A DNA stretch of 63,459 nucleotides, filler included, from Choristocarpus tenellus KU-1152 (GCA_964200185.2; 7 parts of 7 records of this genome joined end to end with filler, not necessarily neighbours in it), one strand, 5' to 3'. Counted from the first letter of the whole stretch, positions 37,449 through 51,470 are shown. The notes: generated by a model from the letters alone, not told the origin. Numbers and translations are program-made.

Positions 37449-39491
37449 CATTCCTGGAGGGTTCAACTTTTCCCTTGTGTATTAAATCCTTTTTATCAAG
37501 ATCTTGGACTGTGTGGTGCTGTGAATTGAAACGGTTCAGTTGAGTCGATCGGGTTCAACTAAATTTTTTTGATTAGTCCACCATTCCCTTCAAAATTTCC
37601 TTGTAATAATGCTTCACTCCAATTGAGTACACAGGATTGCTACGAGTGCATATATTATGATGTAATCGCAAATCCTTTCGATTCACAGCACTATGATTCA
37701 GTCTACTATGGAGTCACAGCAATGCTCACCCGAAGAAGAGTAGACAAACTATTCATAATAGTACCTCTTCCTACTGTTGTTGTCGTACACTGCTTTTTAC
37801 CACGCATACAATTGAAAATAACCTGGTGCTGCATAGGCAGGGAAGGGTTCACAGCATGTAGCAAGCAGGCCATCAACCATCAAATAATAACACTTTACGA
37901 GGAGGCCACCTACACTCGAAAGACATCAAAAAATTCACAGGGCCAATTAATACAAAATGTTGGACTGAGTGACTCTTGCTTGACTGTGGCACAGCAGTGC
38001 ATACATACATCACAAACAGGTCATCAGTGGGGTTTTTTTGCTATCCATCTTACATAAGGATAAGTGAATGAGTGCAGAAAAAGTAGTGTGAGCTATCGTT
38101 TTGTAGCAGACAATGGGGAAAACTTATCAATTAACCTTGTTCTTCATCCAATGCATACCCTTTTGACTGATGGATGTATTGCATGAAGATCTCTTCATAA
38201 GGTAGCAGATACACCCAGTCAAATACAGGGATCTCTAGGTACCAAGAATATCCAACAAATGCTGTGTCAGTAGGTCCACCGCTCAGTTAAGACATTGAGA
38301 GTCTCTCCCTGAAATTGTATCACCCACCCTTCCTGATGCAGCTACTATATTAAGTCTGTGTTGGAAGCATACTCTTGTTTGTTCAAGGAGCACCAGCATG
38401 CAGTAAGAGCAGGCCGATAGGACACACTCATCAAGGCAAGAAGCAACATAACACATTTGCTACCTGAAACCATCCTAAACTCACTCCCTTCTCAGAAGTA
38501 CATCGAAAACTACACTCCATTTCCCTTTCCTGCACAATATCCTTACTGTCGTCTACAAGACAGTCAAAGTGAGCACACACTACATACAGCCAAGAAACTA
38601 CCGTTTGGACCCTTCCCCCTCCCTTCCCCCATTTCCTAAAAAACTACAAAGAAGTAGGGCTGAACAAGAGCACAGAGGAGCAAAAGCAAAATCCAAATGT
38701 ACCCAACATTCCTGACTGAATCCACCTCCCTTTTTCTATCTGAATGGCCCAGCAATCACTCCTCAAACACACACACAGCACTGTTGCACGTTCTGGTGTG
38801 CACAAGGGATCAACGCTGTCTTGACATGCCTGCCTACTTCTGGGAAAAATGGGAAAAATGTGCAGCACTTCCTTGGACTCCAATCCCCCATAGCTCAATA
38901 CATTCTCAACTTTCAGTTCCTACCCCCATTATTCCCTCATGCCTCTCCTTACGCCTTGGAATAAGTCTTACCATCCCCAAACTCTTCTGTCCAGGCCTGT
39001 TGGTATATGTCCATGATAGGGGGGGTAGGGAGGCGGGGAGGCAGGGTATGGAGATGCAGCAATGGATAGATACACATAGCTCAGATGGGGATGGAAACAG
39101 GTGGTTCAATACATGTATCCAAAAACTGATGTGTACAGTTATGCACTGGCACACAAAGCAAATAAAGATAGGACACGCGCTAGACACAGTAACTGTTCTG
39201 GACTTAGTGGGTGCAACAATAGAGTTGTACCGATACATACAGGTTCAAGAGTCCATGACCAGAACCATGATGAGACACTACAGAGGAGTTAAAAATAGGA
39301 CCTTTTTTGGTGGACCATGGAGAAAATCTGGGAATTTCCTGATTTTTTCTCAGGTGCAAAAATTGGGGGCAGGTGGAGCAGAATGACATGGCAGTATGAG
39401 CAATTAGGCACACAACGTCACATCTTCATACATAGCCATATTGTACAAAAATCTACACAGAAAACCCCGATGAATTGACTACCTGAGACCA

Positions 39492-39542
39492 GGGTCAAAT
39501 TATCTTGGGGGGGGGTGTCGGCGTCCGTTTTTCACCCTTTTT
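39492..39542. mobile_element. MITE family C end, truncated by contig end
   Basis: GGGTCAAATTATCTTGGGG...GTGTCGGCGTCCGTTTTTCACCCTTTT. Confidence 0.8.
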
Positions 39543-39642
39543 NNNNNNNNNNNNNNNNNNNNNNNNNNNNNNNNNNNNNNNNNNNNTTAATTAATTAANN
39601 NNNNNNNNNNNNNNNNNNNNNNNNNNNNNNNNNNNNNNNNNN
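39543..39642. other. Artificial contig-join linker
   Basis: Same 100-nt spacer. Confidence 0.97.
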
Positions 39643-40257
39643 GGGGGGGGGGGGGGGGGGGGGGAGGAAGAAGGGAACAAAGAGGATAAAGAAAGAAATT
39701 GAAGTCAAACTTAACCACTAGCAATTTCCTAGAATAATCCTTTGGGGACCGAAATGGTAAACCATTGAATTAAATTAGAACGGATTATTGATGATCCCAA
39801 AAAATAATTATCCGATTGAAGCAACCGATACTCATTTTCCTAGCCAATCAAAATGCTCCAAAAGGTTGTATTATATGAGAAGACTCATCATCACTACTAT
39901 TTTTATTACTACTACTACTAATATTATTACTTTTATTCTTTGTTACTTCAAGGTACTACTATTGAGATGTCTTTGTTTATTATCACATCCAGACATTTTC
40001 ACCATTCAAAAAAACATCACTTCCAATACATAAAAATCAAGTACAAAATAAAAAATAGACAGGAGAAAAAGTGTGTAAATATTTCTTGAAATTCAAAAAT
40101 AAATAGATAAAAGACAAGCTCGAGATATATGAACATAAATAAATATATTTTGTACACAGTCAGTCCCCCCCAAACAAAAAAAAATCCAGTGCACAAGCCC
40201 ATATTCTACTGTTGAAAATTAAAAATTAAAAAAATCCCACCAATTTCCAACAAAAAC

Positions 40258-40472
40258 AAAAGTCATACAGGGTACAACCAGTTCCCTCACATACATTAAA
40301 CCACTCTAATGATTCACACACTTTCAAAAGTCATACAGGGTACAACCAGTTCCCTCAAATACATTAAACCACTCCAATGATTCACACACTTTCAAAAATC
40401 ATACAGGGAACAACCAGTTCCCTCCCATACATTAAACAACCCCAACGATTCACACACTTTCAAAAGTCATAC
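40258..40472. repeat. 68-bp tandem repeat x3.2
   Basis: AAAAGTCATACAGGG... at 40258, 40326, 40394 and 40462. Confidence 0.9.
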
Positions 40473-41276
40473 GCCCTCCCCCCCACGCCCACCCCCACCC
40501 CCACCCCCCACACCCAACCTCGAAAAGCAACCCTAACCCTAATGATGCTAAGATTGCCGAAGATAGAGTTAGGGGATGTCACAGGTAAAGCATAGAAGCA
40601 TCAAGTCATCAGTGTATGATATGGCATATTGGTCTATGATCCCCCCCCAATATTGATGTTACTGCTTATCCCCAATACCTCTAAACATGCCAAGTTTCTG
40701 ACCTCCATCCTACCCATTCCAAATATCTTAAAATACACATAATTATGTACATATTGGGTTGACCAGCCGCATTCTTGCGTATTCTTATGCATATATGTGC
40801 ACTTAAGCACGTGAACAGAAGGATTACTTCTTACACCATGTCAAATATATTATGTGGGGAAAATGCCTCCCCATGGTGCTGGAAACTCCTCTGAGAGTGG
40901 AATGAAAAAGGTCGTTTCAGATAGAGCAATACCCTTTTTATTCTTGAACATCAATAGTATGCTTTAACACACAACACCAAGTCAACTTCTAGGTATGCAC
41001 ATACATTTTCAAAACCTTGCACTCTAAGTGAATCTACAAAATATCTCCTTCACACAAATAAACAAGAACACAATCCAGGAATGATATGTCCCTATGACAA
41101 AAAAACATTATTAGAATAATAATAATAATAATAATAATAACAACCCAAACATTAACAACAAAACAGAGCAGAAAATACAGCCCTGACAAAAATACTGCAA
41201 CCTATCAATAATAATAAAAAAGCAAATCAAGTATCAATGACAATCAAAGAATAAAAATAAGAATAAAAATAAAATA

Positions 41277-41455
41277 ATAAAAATAAAATAATCACATCAT
41301 TTAAAAAATAATAAAAATAAAACAATCACATCATTTAAAAATAATAAAAATAAAATAATCACATCATTTAAAAATAATAAAAATAAAATAAATCACATCA
41401 TTTAAAAATGATAAAAATAAAATAAATCACATCATTTAAAAACAATAACAAAAAC
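41277..41455. repeat. ~35-bp AT-rich minisatellite x5
   Basis: AATCACATCATTTAAAAA core repeated five times. Confidence 0.9.
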
Positions 41456-41469
41456 AAATTTCTTCTCAC

Positions 41470-42691
41470 CTGTGCTCTCATCCCACCCCCCGTCTCTCGC
41501 CCTGATACCAGCCCCAACCCTGTCACTCCACCATTCCCATCACCGCCTACCAATGTTCCACAAACCTGCCTCTCTAGGGCCTTGACCCTTGACAATGTCT
41601 CTCCAGCTTTGACCTCAGCAGAAACAGCAACATCACCCAGGGATGCCACTTGACCCAGCAACTGTCACAATTATTATCATTTAATCAAAGTATTGGAATT
41701 AGGGTTAGGGTTAGGGTTAGGGTTAGGGTTAGGGCAGCAAAAACAGACATCTAGTACCATACATCCCACAAATACCTTGGGATAGGGTTAGGGTTAGGGC
41801 TAGGGTTAGGGTTAGGGTTAGTGTTAGGGAGGTTGGGGGGGGGGCAAACAGTCTTCAAAATGAAAATATTCTCCTATTTTCAAGTTAACCCTAAGTGCTC
41901 AGTGCATCGATCTTTTTTATAAAACTACAAAACGTGTGGGTGTTTTTTTTGTATTAGATGTGTGTAGTTCTTAGTAGTAGACTCCAAAAAATAACAGAGT
42001 GCTCGCAGCTCGAAAACGCACCGACGCACATAGGTACTGACCATGCACCATCCGCATAGGCATTTATCCTCTCATCATTTTAAAACCATTAAAACCCTTG
42101 CTTCCTCAATCATAGTTTTCTTTTGTTGTACTGAGATTTTTATTGTTCTTATTTCTCCTGATAAAATGTAACTGTCTACATTGTACTTCTATGGCATGTC
42201 TGCGATTCAATCAGTTTCCCCCATTGAGAGACGACAAGATCTGAAATTGATTCTTGATAACATCTTCACCTTGCATCAACAAACAAATGTGAAAGGACAT
42301 GAAAGACATGAAAGACAACTTAATCAAAGACTGGTGCTTCGAGACAAATATTGAAAAAAAAAAAGAGATACATGAAAAAAAGGAAACTATCACGAGTTTC
42401 TTCCAACCAAATACGAAAAAAATAAAAATAAAAAATAAAAAACTTTTTATTTGCTCTTACGAGATCACACCCTCTCCTGTACAATAATACTGTTGAATAG
42501 GATTAGGGTTAGGGTTAGGGTTAGGGTTACACCCTCTTCTGTACCATTAATACTGTTGTATAGAGTTAGGGTTACATGTAGCACAGCATGTCCCTACTTC
42601 AAGTTAAAAGATACGCAATGTGAAATATGCAGCAAACAAGACCACTGTCAATCAATGTCAAAAGCAATATTTGAAGGTGTAGGGGGGGAAT

Positions 42692-42723
<32 letters not shown>

Positions 42724-45700
42724 GCATGGGATTCCTTAAAAGTTAGAGCACCTAAACTCCATTCTTACTTTCTGTGACCCCAACCCAGGCAGTAGTACAT
42801 AAGTCTTTGGTGGGAAAGACTGATCTTTGGCGGGAAAGACTGACCTGTTCCATCCCTTCCTGAATGAATCGAAGTGTGTCCATCTGTTCCTTCCTTGTGG
42901 CCTGGAGAAGGTTCTACATTTGAAGCACACAAAATACACACATAGACATATATACATACATATATACATATATATACATGTGTATGTACAAACGTTAACA
43001 GTAAAAGATACCAAGATATCATAAAAATCACTTTGAAAGTTCAAGAATGGATTGAATGCCACTGTGTTAGAAACCAAGGGAATTCGGTGGAGGGTGGGCT
43101 GTAAAGTGTGCTATAAGGGGCATGTTTGTCCAGGAATGTAGAGGAAGAGGGATGTTGGGCCTAGAACAAATTGAGTGAGAGTTGAGGGGGGACCTAGAGC
43201 TGACAACAACAGCATCCTCAAACATCTGAGGGTAAGGGTTAGGGCATGCTGGAGATGGATTGAGGGAAGGATAATAACCTTTTCCTCCAACCCTAACCCT
43301 TATAGAAAGCCGTAACTATTATATATTTAATCAAATATAGTCAAATATAGTCAAATATAGTCAAATATAGTCAAATATAAAATGTTGAAGTCATTAAGCT
43401 GTGGAGGAGATCACGGTGGTCGATAGTTAGTGGCCATTTATAAAATTATTGTTCACACGTACTTCAAACTTGGCTAACATTAGTATAGTTCAACAACAGG
43501 GTAAAATTTTAGGAGGCGTTATTGAACAGAACAGTGTTCCACATTGGATGTAGCCGGTAGAGGCAAAGGGTAACGCCAACGGAAAATGAATGTTCTTGCT
43601 CTCTCTGATTCATGAAATAATCAAGCAAAAGGGATGGGGTTTGGGCTGGGACTTTAGGGATGGGTTCATCATGTTGCAATCAGGACAATGGGCACACAAC
43701 TTGCTTAGTTAGGATGGGCTGCACTAACTAAAATTGTACCTGTCTGGATGGAGCAGGCAAAGTAACCGATTCTAGGGGTGATATTTCGAAGTGGTAGGAC
43801 ATGTACTAAAGTCTCGCCAGGTGGGTGACCTTGACCATGTTATCCGCTGCAATATTTATCATAACATCAGGATAGGTGTCAGGATATATTTCGAAAGCTC
43901 ATGCGAAAGGGACTTATGTACAAAGAAAGACGTATGTACGAAGATTGCAATGGCAAGGTTCTTCAAACTCGGGCTATAGAGTCACATGTCACATGAGCTG
44001 AGGATCAGCAACAAAGAACAGAGAGAGGATAAAGGTTCACGGAAATACGAGAAAAGCAAGCTTTCATAAGTCATCTTTGTGGAGGCTCAAGAGCACTTCA
44101 CATTCTTCATGTAGGTCCCCGTATCACGCACAACATCAGGAAGGTTAATAAGACCAATAACACAAAAGCTAATCCACACAATCTTGGTAGAATGGTGCTG
44201 CCTGCAATAGCATCAGTGAGCACCTGGCTTTGCCGTATCAACAGTGCACATAGAGTGCTCGAGATCCGCAAGTTTGCCTGAAGCGTCTTAAATCGTGTGT
44301 CCTCATCACGCCATTTTTCTTCCTTCCAATGCCACCCACAACCCTCAGTCTACCATCACATCACCTTGCCATTGCCACACGTTTTCTACCTGTAATTGTC
44401 GAAATTCACAGTAGATTCTTTCCAATTCTATAGATCTACCTGACCTCAGGGTCCATAAAAAGTCCTGTAAAAATGACCAATCTGGGACCATACATTCGCT
44501 AAGCAAAATCTATATTTCCTTCTCTACACACCGACCTCGCGCACAGCTCATACCATTGAGACTCCAAGGATTTCGGCCAAAAATTGTCCAGCTTCCACAA
44601 GAAACAAGGACATTTCCGCAAACACCTTTGAGTAACGCTAGTCACAAACCCCTTGGCAACCATTCATCCACGCTAGGTATTCATATCTAACGAGCCAAGA
44701 CTCATTGTGAACTCATTGCGCCTTTTACACAGCGCCGTTGTCATCTCTCTGTTTGAGGAACTAACACTGCGGGTAGGCTCTTGTTGTCAACTCAACTCTG
44801 TCTAGTATAGTAATACACACAGCATTGACACAAAACCAAATTATCTGGTCTGAAACTGCAATGTCGAGCAAATCAACTCCACAGCAATCCAAAAGGGTAA
44901 CTTGTCCTCCAGTTTGTCCAGATATTTGAGGAAACGCTGATGGGAGTCACATCAACTATTTTAGGATGCTGACACCTTCACATAGACACCATCTATGCCA
45001 CAATTCAAAATACATATTCACCATGATATCCCTTGTATCCATAGGAGATGCCCTGCTACTGTAGTGAGCCATCGCTTCCTGTTGGTGAGCACCCTCGATT
45101 CCTCTCCCTGATGCTATTGATGTTCATCAAAGTCAGGGAACGAAGGGAAATTTCAAGGACGTCAATGAATATTCGATATAGCACCAACATAATCACCTCC
45201 GGAGGAACAGTAAATAAATCAGGGTACTACACAATTCACATCAACTCTGATAAAAATATTATTACAACTACGATTATTGTACACTCGATAAAACATACGT
45301 ATCACACGAGAAAATACCTTCCCAGAAGCAAGCCAAAAGAAAGTAAACCGAATTGTTTTGGAACAATTTCAAAGACGGCCATTTAAAAGGGTAGTACTTT
45401 CAAAGTTTGAAACTTGTAAGGGTATTCTATTTTTTCGAGGTGGAAAACAATAATCTTTTTCTCTTCCTCGTGGAGTTTCTCAGTGTCGAGTAGGCCAGTC
45501 AACGTAGGCTTCACACCAAACATGGTCTTGCAAGTATGTGTTGCTTCTTTGATAGGATATGGCTCTGAGTATCGGGGAGGGGGTTGGCGGCTGTCCACTT
45601 GGGTCCATTTTTCCATGTCACAATGTTTTGGTGATTTGGTTGCATGTGTCAGATGGATAATGCACGTGCACCTTTCCAGGCCAGGGTCCAAATGGACACC

Positions 45701-45963
45701 CTGGTGTAGACCCCCCTGCCCCACCCAGATACTTTGAGGTTATGAGGGGAGAGAGTCCTTGTCTGGCAGAGAATCTCTACCATGTTGGTGTGCTCAAGTG
45801 GTGGATTACCTTCACCTTCACCCACTGTTAGTTTGCCCGTGTATGCACGTGGTCTCTCTGTATTATCTCTTGACTCCAGTGGGGGTATTTGTAGTAGTAG
45901 AATGGAGGTAATGATTAAATTGTTGCAATTATGGCGAAGACAAGGACGGAATGATGATGTCAT
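41470..45963 (-). CDS. Candidate multi-exon gene, unknown coiled-coil-like protein; exons (?)-45810, 45113-45022, 42913-42845, 41661-41470
   Basis: Phase-compatible GT-AG junctions read ...SPMDTRDIM|NLLQATRKEQMDTLRFIQEGMEQ|LLGQVASLGDVAVSAEVKAGETLSRVKALERQ; both ends undefined. Confidence 0.5.
41699..41829 (+). repeat. Interstitial telomere-type (TTAGGG)n tracts (41699-41734, 41783-41829)
   Basis: Six perfect units, then about eight imperfect units. Confidence 0.9.
43331..43379. repeat. 10-bp tandem repeat (TCAAATATAG) x5
   Basis: Directly visible. Confidence 0.9.
44100..45000 (-). mobile_element. Possible decayed DIRS/Ngaro-like RT remnant
   Basis: Faint motif echoes KIVDV..AFPQI..LQF across frameshifts at ~44850-44965. 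Confidence 0.25.
45561..45740. mobile_element. MITE family B, TAT flanks
   Basis: GGCTCTGAGTATCGGGG ... CCCAGATACTTTGAGGT; shared body. Confidence 0.85.
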
Positions 45964-46869
45964 GATGTCCCCAACAGTTAGGAAAGAGAGGCAGTCACCA
46001 TCGTGAACTGCTGAAAGTGAGTGATGATGTTCTTTTTACTTGGTTTCTACTATGCTCTACTGTTGGTGCTACTATGAACTACATCAGGACTGCCGATCAT
46101 GGTGCTGGAAGTTGTTGGTACTATTAAGAGAGTAATGTTCTATAATGTATGATGTGTGTTGGAGTTGTGTGCGATAATCAAGTGATGAATGGCAGGCAGT
46201 CTGTGTGTGTCTACAAGCTGCCACCACAAAGAACGGACGATGAAGCAGGATGATGATTGTTGTTGCGTACATTGTTCGTTAGTACATAGTACATACAGTA
46301 CGTTGTGTGTGACATACACATGCATCCTCTGAGTAAGTTGTAAAAATATGCGCAACGAATAGGCTACTGGTATGAGTATTACGCATCATGCCTGATCGTT
46401 AGCACAACCACACACCAAAAGAATATGAAATGAAAGTGTGTACTGTGATATTTAGTGGTGGTATCATTCGTCGTGTCAACCTCTTGCGTCTGAAACGACT
46501 CAACACACATCTTCTTCTTAGTCAATGAGCCTCTTGACTGCAGGTATCTGATGGAATGAAAAATCGTGAAGCATTACTTATTCCTCGTTTAATGACAATT
46601 GATCGTTGACACACACACACACACACACACACATACACACACACACACACACTACATACTACGTACTTGGAGTACATTCAGAAATGCAATACACATCTGA
46701 AAAGAGGCATTACCCGCACAGTCTACCCCAATCTGTTTCTTCCTTTTACTCTACCCCAGACGACTATCGCCGGCATCATCTCCGCCATCTCCTACATTGA
46801 GTCAAATCAATTGAGAGGTAGGCAGGTTTAGACCCTTTTGCATTCTAAGTCATCTTTCTTACCGTATGC

Positions 46870-47062
46870 AATACACTCTATTTCATTGCTTTACATTCAC
46901 AATGAGGTACACAAAATTGATATTACCCCTTTCCACACAAAAAATGACACCACAATATAGCAAAGACTCTTTCTGCAATAATCATGAAAAATGGCATATT
47001 TTTACCCTTTCTTGGGGTCCTTAAAATGCAACCCTATCTAACCTTCAATTGGTTTTGCTCGA
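46870..47062 (+). repeat. Dispersed repeat family D, uninterrupted copy
   Basis: Colinear with 30108-30465 once the MITE is removed. Confidence 0.75.
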
Positions 47063-48172
47063 TACCAGCAGCACTATCATCTAAGGCATCATCTGTTCGT
47101 GTCGTCCATGCTGTAAACGACCTCATGGTCGGAATCCCCCTCTGATATCAAGCCCATGTCCTCATCATTCTCAGGAGAGCTTGTTCCCTGTCCAATGTAC
47201 AAGGCGTTATCAAGGTCGAACTTGACCGCGTCCTGTGCAATCTAATTTACGGGATTGACCCTCCATCGTATGGCTACATACTGAGCAGCGTGCTGATAAT
47301 GCTCTGCAAGGGGGGGAAAATTAGAGGACAAGGGGAAATAATTTTGTTGAAGAAGACCAAAAATGATTACTTAGTAGGTGGTAGTTGCTCAAGGCAGGTG
47401 TGTGTGACTTGCATCTGGTATTATTAGTGGGGGGGGGGAGCATTGGTGGAGGAAAGCTTTTTTGTTGTCAAAGGGGGATTGGAATGAGGGCACCACTGTA
47501 TTGTCAATAGTATGGAAGTATTTTAGAAATTACCTCCATGCCAAGAGAATGGAGGGACCTGGAACAGAACGTTTTCTTATGCCAACCCCCACCCCCCAAG
47601 CCAGCTTGCAGCCCAGTCCCATCACAACTACCCGGTCCAGTGTAAGGCCCTGGTCATTGTACTTCATAGTGACAAAAGGGAAATATGTTCAGATTCTAAG
47701 GAAGATACATGAATCAGCGGAGGATGGTATCACCTCAATATCGTCTCTCCCATCACCTAAGTACCATCAAGTGAGTACCACCTTTCTCATTATGGTAGTG
47801 TGTGTGGATCTCGCGCGATTCCCTTTGTTTCACTTCACACAGATTGAGTACCTGGTACACACACTAACTTACTGTTCTCCTCATCTTTCATTCTGGATAC
47901 AATAATACTTTGACTTGTACTACTATTAGTATGTTTAAATTACTGGCACTGTACTTCTTGCCTATAGTAGTAGACTATATTCAACAGTCAAAAAGGAAGG
48001 GGGATCCGAAATAAGTTACAACTTTCAAGTATCAGTTCACCACCTTCAAGTATCGCCCGAAGGAGCCAAACATATTCATCTTCTTCCTCTCAAAAAGGCC
48101 ACACTCGGGCCATGATATCAGAATCGTAATCTCAAAGGACCAAGTCGATCTCAGTTTGGTCGGCCCACATGC

Positions 48173-48209
<37 letters not shown>

Positions 48210-48718
48210 AAACATATTGTTTGAAAAATATACCGTATAATAATACAGGTGCTACTTACTACTGTGCGATAATACTTGATGTATATTATTCAAGAGATTG
48301 ATCAGGCGGTATTTATTCTCACCTCTTCAAATGAGTTTAATTCATTGAAACATCAGACGAAAACAACACACGAACAAGTCAAATGATTTCTTCTCCAGTC
48401 AGTCGTGGACCAAGCTTCTTATTTGATTAAATATTTGAAATATACGGAAATATACGTTCTCAGCAGTAGAATTTTGTGGACAGGCAAAGAAAAAGATTTT
48501 TCTTCTTGGACTGAGCCTGGGCAAAAAAAAGAAAGGTAACAGGGCTGGGACGCGAGCCGACGAGGGTGATGAGGTCATTTAAGGGGCCGCCGATAGAGGT
48601 GCTCATAAAATGGGATGGGACCAAGTCGTGGCCCGGACCGACTGGTTGACTACCCTACCGACTGGTTGACTACCCACCCCCCTCCGCCCAGAGAAGAGGA
48701 GCGAGTGACCGTAGACAG

Positions 48719-48724
48719 AAAAAA
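48719..48724 (-). terminator. Pol III terminator (T6) of the tRNA
   Basis: TTTTTT a few nt downstream of the tRNA 3' end on the minus strand. Confidence 0.7.
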
Positions 48725-48731
48725 CTAATTA

Positions 48732-48805
48732 AGCTCAAGGCGAGATTTGAACTCGCGAATCTCCTCTTTACAAGAGAGGCGCCTTAACCACTGGGCCACT
48801 CGAGC
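48732..48805 (-). tRNA. trnT: tRNA-Thr(UGU)
   Basis: GCTCGAG/CTTGAGC acceptor stem, D-loop AGTGGTTA, CCTCT-CTTGTAA-AGAGG anticodon arm, GCGAG-TTCAAAT-CTCGC T arm, U discriminator, no encoded CCA. Confidence 0.93.
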
Positions 48806-49465
48806 TCCTTCGACCACCCATACTGCACCACAAACCCTCATACAAACTTCATACTACTCCCCTCGTCGTTCCCGCCATAATAACGAATTGGAGGAATAGT
48901 TGAGTGTATTTGTACAATCCACAACATAGTCATCTACACCAGAATTCGGAAATTCTTTAGTAGAAAATGTGTTCAGAGCAGAGACGAGAGTCCTGGAACA
49001 TGCTTGCCCTGAGATGGTGATGAACTCTTGGTGGTGTATCCGAAGGAAACCTTTTTCTGTAAGAAATACTGACCAACTCTATTGTTGTTGTGTTTGTTGA
49101 TGATCTCCAACGTATGTGAACAAGAACAACATCTGCAAGGTGTAAGTCAACGTGGTATTTACTCTGTCGTGATGATGATGCGACTGAAATATTACTTCAC
49201 TTGTTCGATTCAAATCTAGTGATGCTCTGAGATTTTTCTGGCAGGTGTTGTAAATAGCTATTTGTTGTACTGTGACTAATTGTGCTTCCTTTGTTCATGC
49301 CTTGCTCCTTGCGTGTTGAGTTCAGTCATTCCATCGCTTGTCGCCCCACCTCCTCAAATGTTTTGCTGAACTCACCTTGGCATCTGTCGGCAATGAAGCC
49401 TTGCCACCTACCTTGTTCTTAGTCAGGCGTTTTTTTCGATATAGCCACGAAAGGATACTATTAGT

Positions 49466-49707
49466 GAGTCAAAGCAAGCGAGAGGTGCCCAGAGTTGCGT
49501 TTTAAGGTTGTTGATAAATACGTGAAAAATTTGCCTCTTTCACAAATGCATATAGGATACTTTCTGAATTCTGTTGAAAGCCTCAAACGAATAAGAGAAA
49601 TCTATGCTCTCAAGTCAAACTTACCACTTCTATGGATGCATCATATTCAAAAACTGGCTTAAAATAAAAGACGGTCAAAACATGGATACCTCTCGCTTCC
49701 TTGACTC
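49466..49707. mobile_element. MITE family G
   Basis: TIRs GAGTCAAAGCAAGCGAGAGGT / ACCTCTCGCTTCCTTGACTC; body shared with 53537. Confidence 0.75.
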
Positions 49708-49719
49708 AGGTGTACAATC

Positions 49720-49900
49720 TGCAGCACATGCCACGCGGACTTTGGGGAGTAGAAAGTAGATATCCATGCAAAGAAACCTGGTATCACTGTATGGGCTTCC
49801 AAGCTATATCATTCATATGGAGAACAGCCTACATTAACCACAGAGCCAAGAGGACGTTGAGGGGATCGTGTTCTACCAACAGGATATGTTCTTAAGTCCG
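49720..49900 (+). mobile_element. Possible decayed Ty1/Copia RT remnant
   Basis: SLYGL-QA...W across a frameshift (cf. LYGLKQA). Confidence 0.3.
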
Positions 49901-51069
49901 CCACTGACGGCTGCATATTAGCATTTTGAAGGCTACAAGCTAGTCATTGATTATCTTCAGTCACCTTCAAACAATGACAAGCAACAGCAAGTGTTACAGG
50001 AACGCTCCAGAAGGTTACCTCCAACATATGCGTATCTCCAATCCACAGACCCATAGATGACGCCTATGCACGTACAAGGCTCCCAGGATGCTCTCACGAC
50101 AAATGGAGCCCAATCCACAGGTTAGCAAACGTCAGCTCAGCAGAACAAGGGTACTTTTGATGAATCAATCAGCATATGAAAAAAAATGATGATATCAGTA
50201 GAAGCGATCTGTGTGTCTCTAACTCGAGTAGAGGCATTCGGAGCCGTTTTTAGGACCTCCAATCATCATTTATCATTGGGGCTTCTTTGACTTAATAATA
50301 TTGGAATATATCTGAGAACCCTTTGCGACCTTTCCATCTGGGGACCTTTACAACTTTGCCTGAGTTACGGATTCTACTCTGCAACATTTTAGCAAATCGG
50401 AGTTTCCCCTTTGGGGGTTCCCCGCGCGTGTACAGTGTTCACGCCGGTTACAGAACAGGAAGAAATACTCGTGCTACTTGTCTGTAACACAACCAAACTC
50501 TGGGGCAGACTATTTGTGTGTGTTTCGATTGGCTCCTTCTTTCGAACGAATGGGTGGACGTTGGTATTGGTGCTGGAGAATACTGGAAGATCGTTTGGTT
50601 GGTACACCAAGATACTTAACTTGCTTTCTCATTTTGCTGCATCTGAGATTTTCCTTTTTGTTTTTTTTATATGTTCGTTAGACTAAAAACGGAGGAAGCA
50701 GGCCTTGGACCGGGTCCAATCAGGGACAGGATTAGACCCATATATAGAACCAGGCCTTAGCCCGACTTAAACGGGAATAGGATTCGTCCCAACTATAGAT
50801 AACAGTGACGTCGTTAAGGCCCAATATTTATATTAAGTTTTCTAGTTTCAGGTTTAACATTTTGTAGGAACTTGATATCCACCAGCAATAGTAATTTCCT
50901 AATCTAGGAAATTACTGTCGCATTGATATAATATTATTATGTCCTCTGAAAAGTCAAAGCAATATCACAAGGACTCCATTCCAGAAGGCAAGCTGGATCA
51001 ACATAAGAAATATGTCAGAGCTATTCACTAGGCTTTCAACTCCGTTCAGTAAATACAAATCTGAGAATG

Positions 51070-51470
51070 CCCGAGGGCACATCAATAAAACTAATAACAA
51101 ACATAAAAATAGTTATAACCTCAACACCTTCGCGATGGGAAGTTTTGGGCGTCTCAGTAAACAAACGTTACGGAAGGTTTTTCTGGATGAGATAGCTACG
51201 CACATGGTAGGGGAGAGAGGGACAGGAGCCTGCAGCAGAAAAGGGACTGTAAAATCCCATCTACGCTAGGTAGTCTCAGTCATAACACAAGTAGCCCTAT
51301 CTAGACGTGTCATGCGCCTTAAGCTGGTGACGCCAGGTAGATAGGCAAGGAGGGGCTTGTTAGATTCTTGGGATGCTTCACTAGCTCCTCACCCTGGGTG
51401 CAGGACTAAGCTAGGTTGGAGGCACTGGAAGACAGTGGCACAGCATAGCTGGCAGTAAAATAAAATAGTA
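51070..51470 (+). mobile_element. 3' remnant of a restriction-like-endonuclease non-LTR retrotransposon (CRE/R2-like)
   Basis: NKHKNSYNLNTFAMGSFGRLS...FLDEIA...LR*VVSVITQVALSRRVMRLKL resembles the RLE C-terminus; A-rich tail-like end at ~51455. Confidence 0.5.

Noticed and set aside
38697-39386. 229-aa plus-strand ORF
   Set aside because: No recognisable motif or exon structure, and the composition looks non-coding.
47090-47760. Minus-strand exon-like segments
   Set aside because: In-frame stops and no recognisable homology; possibly pseudogene debris.
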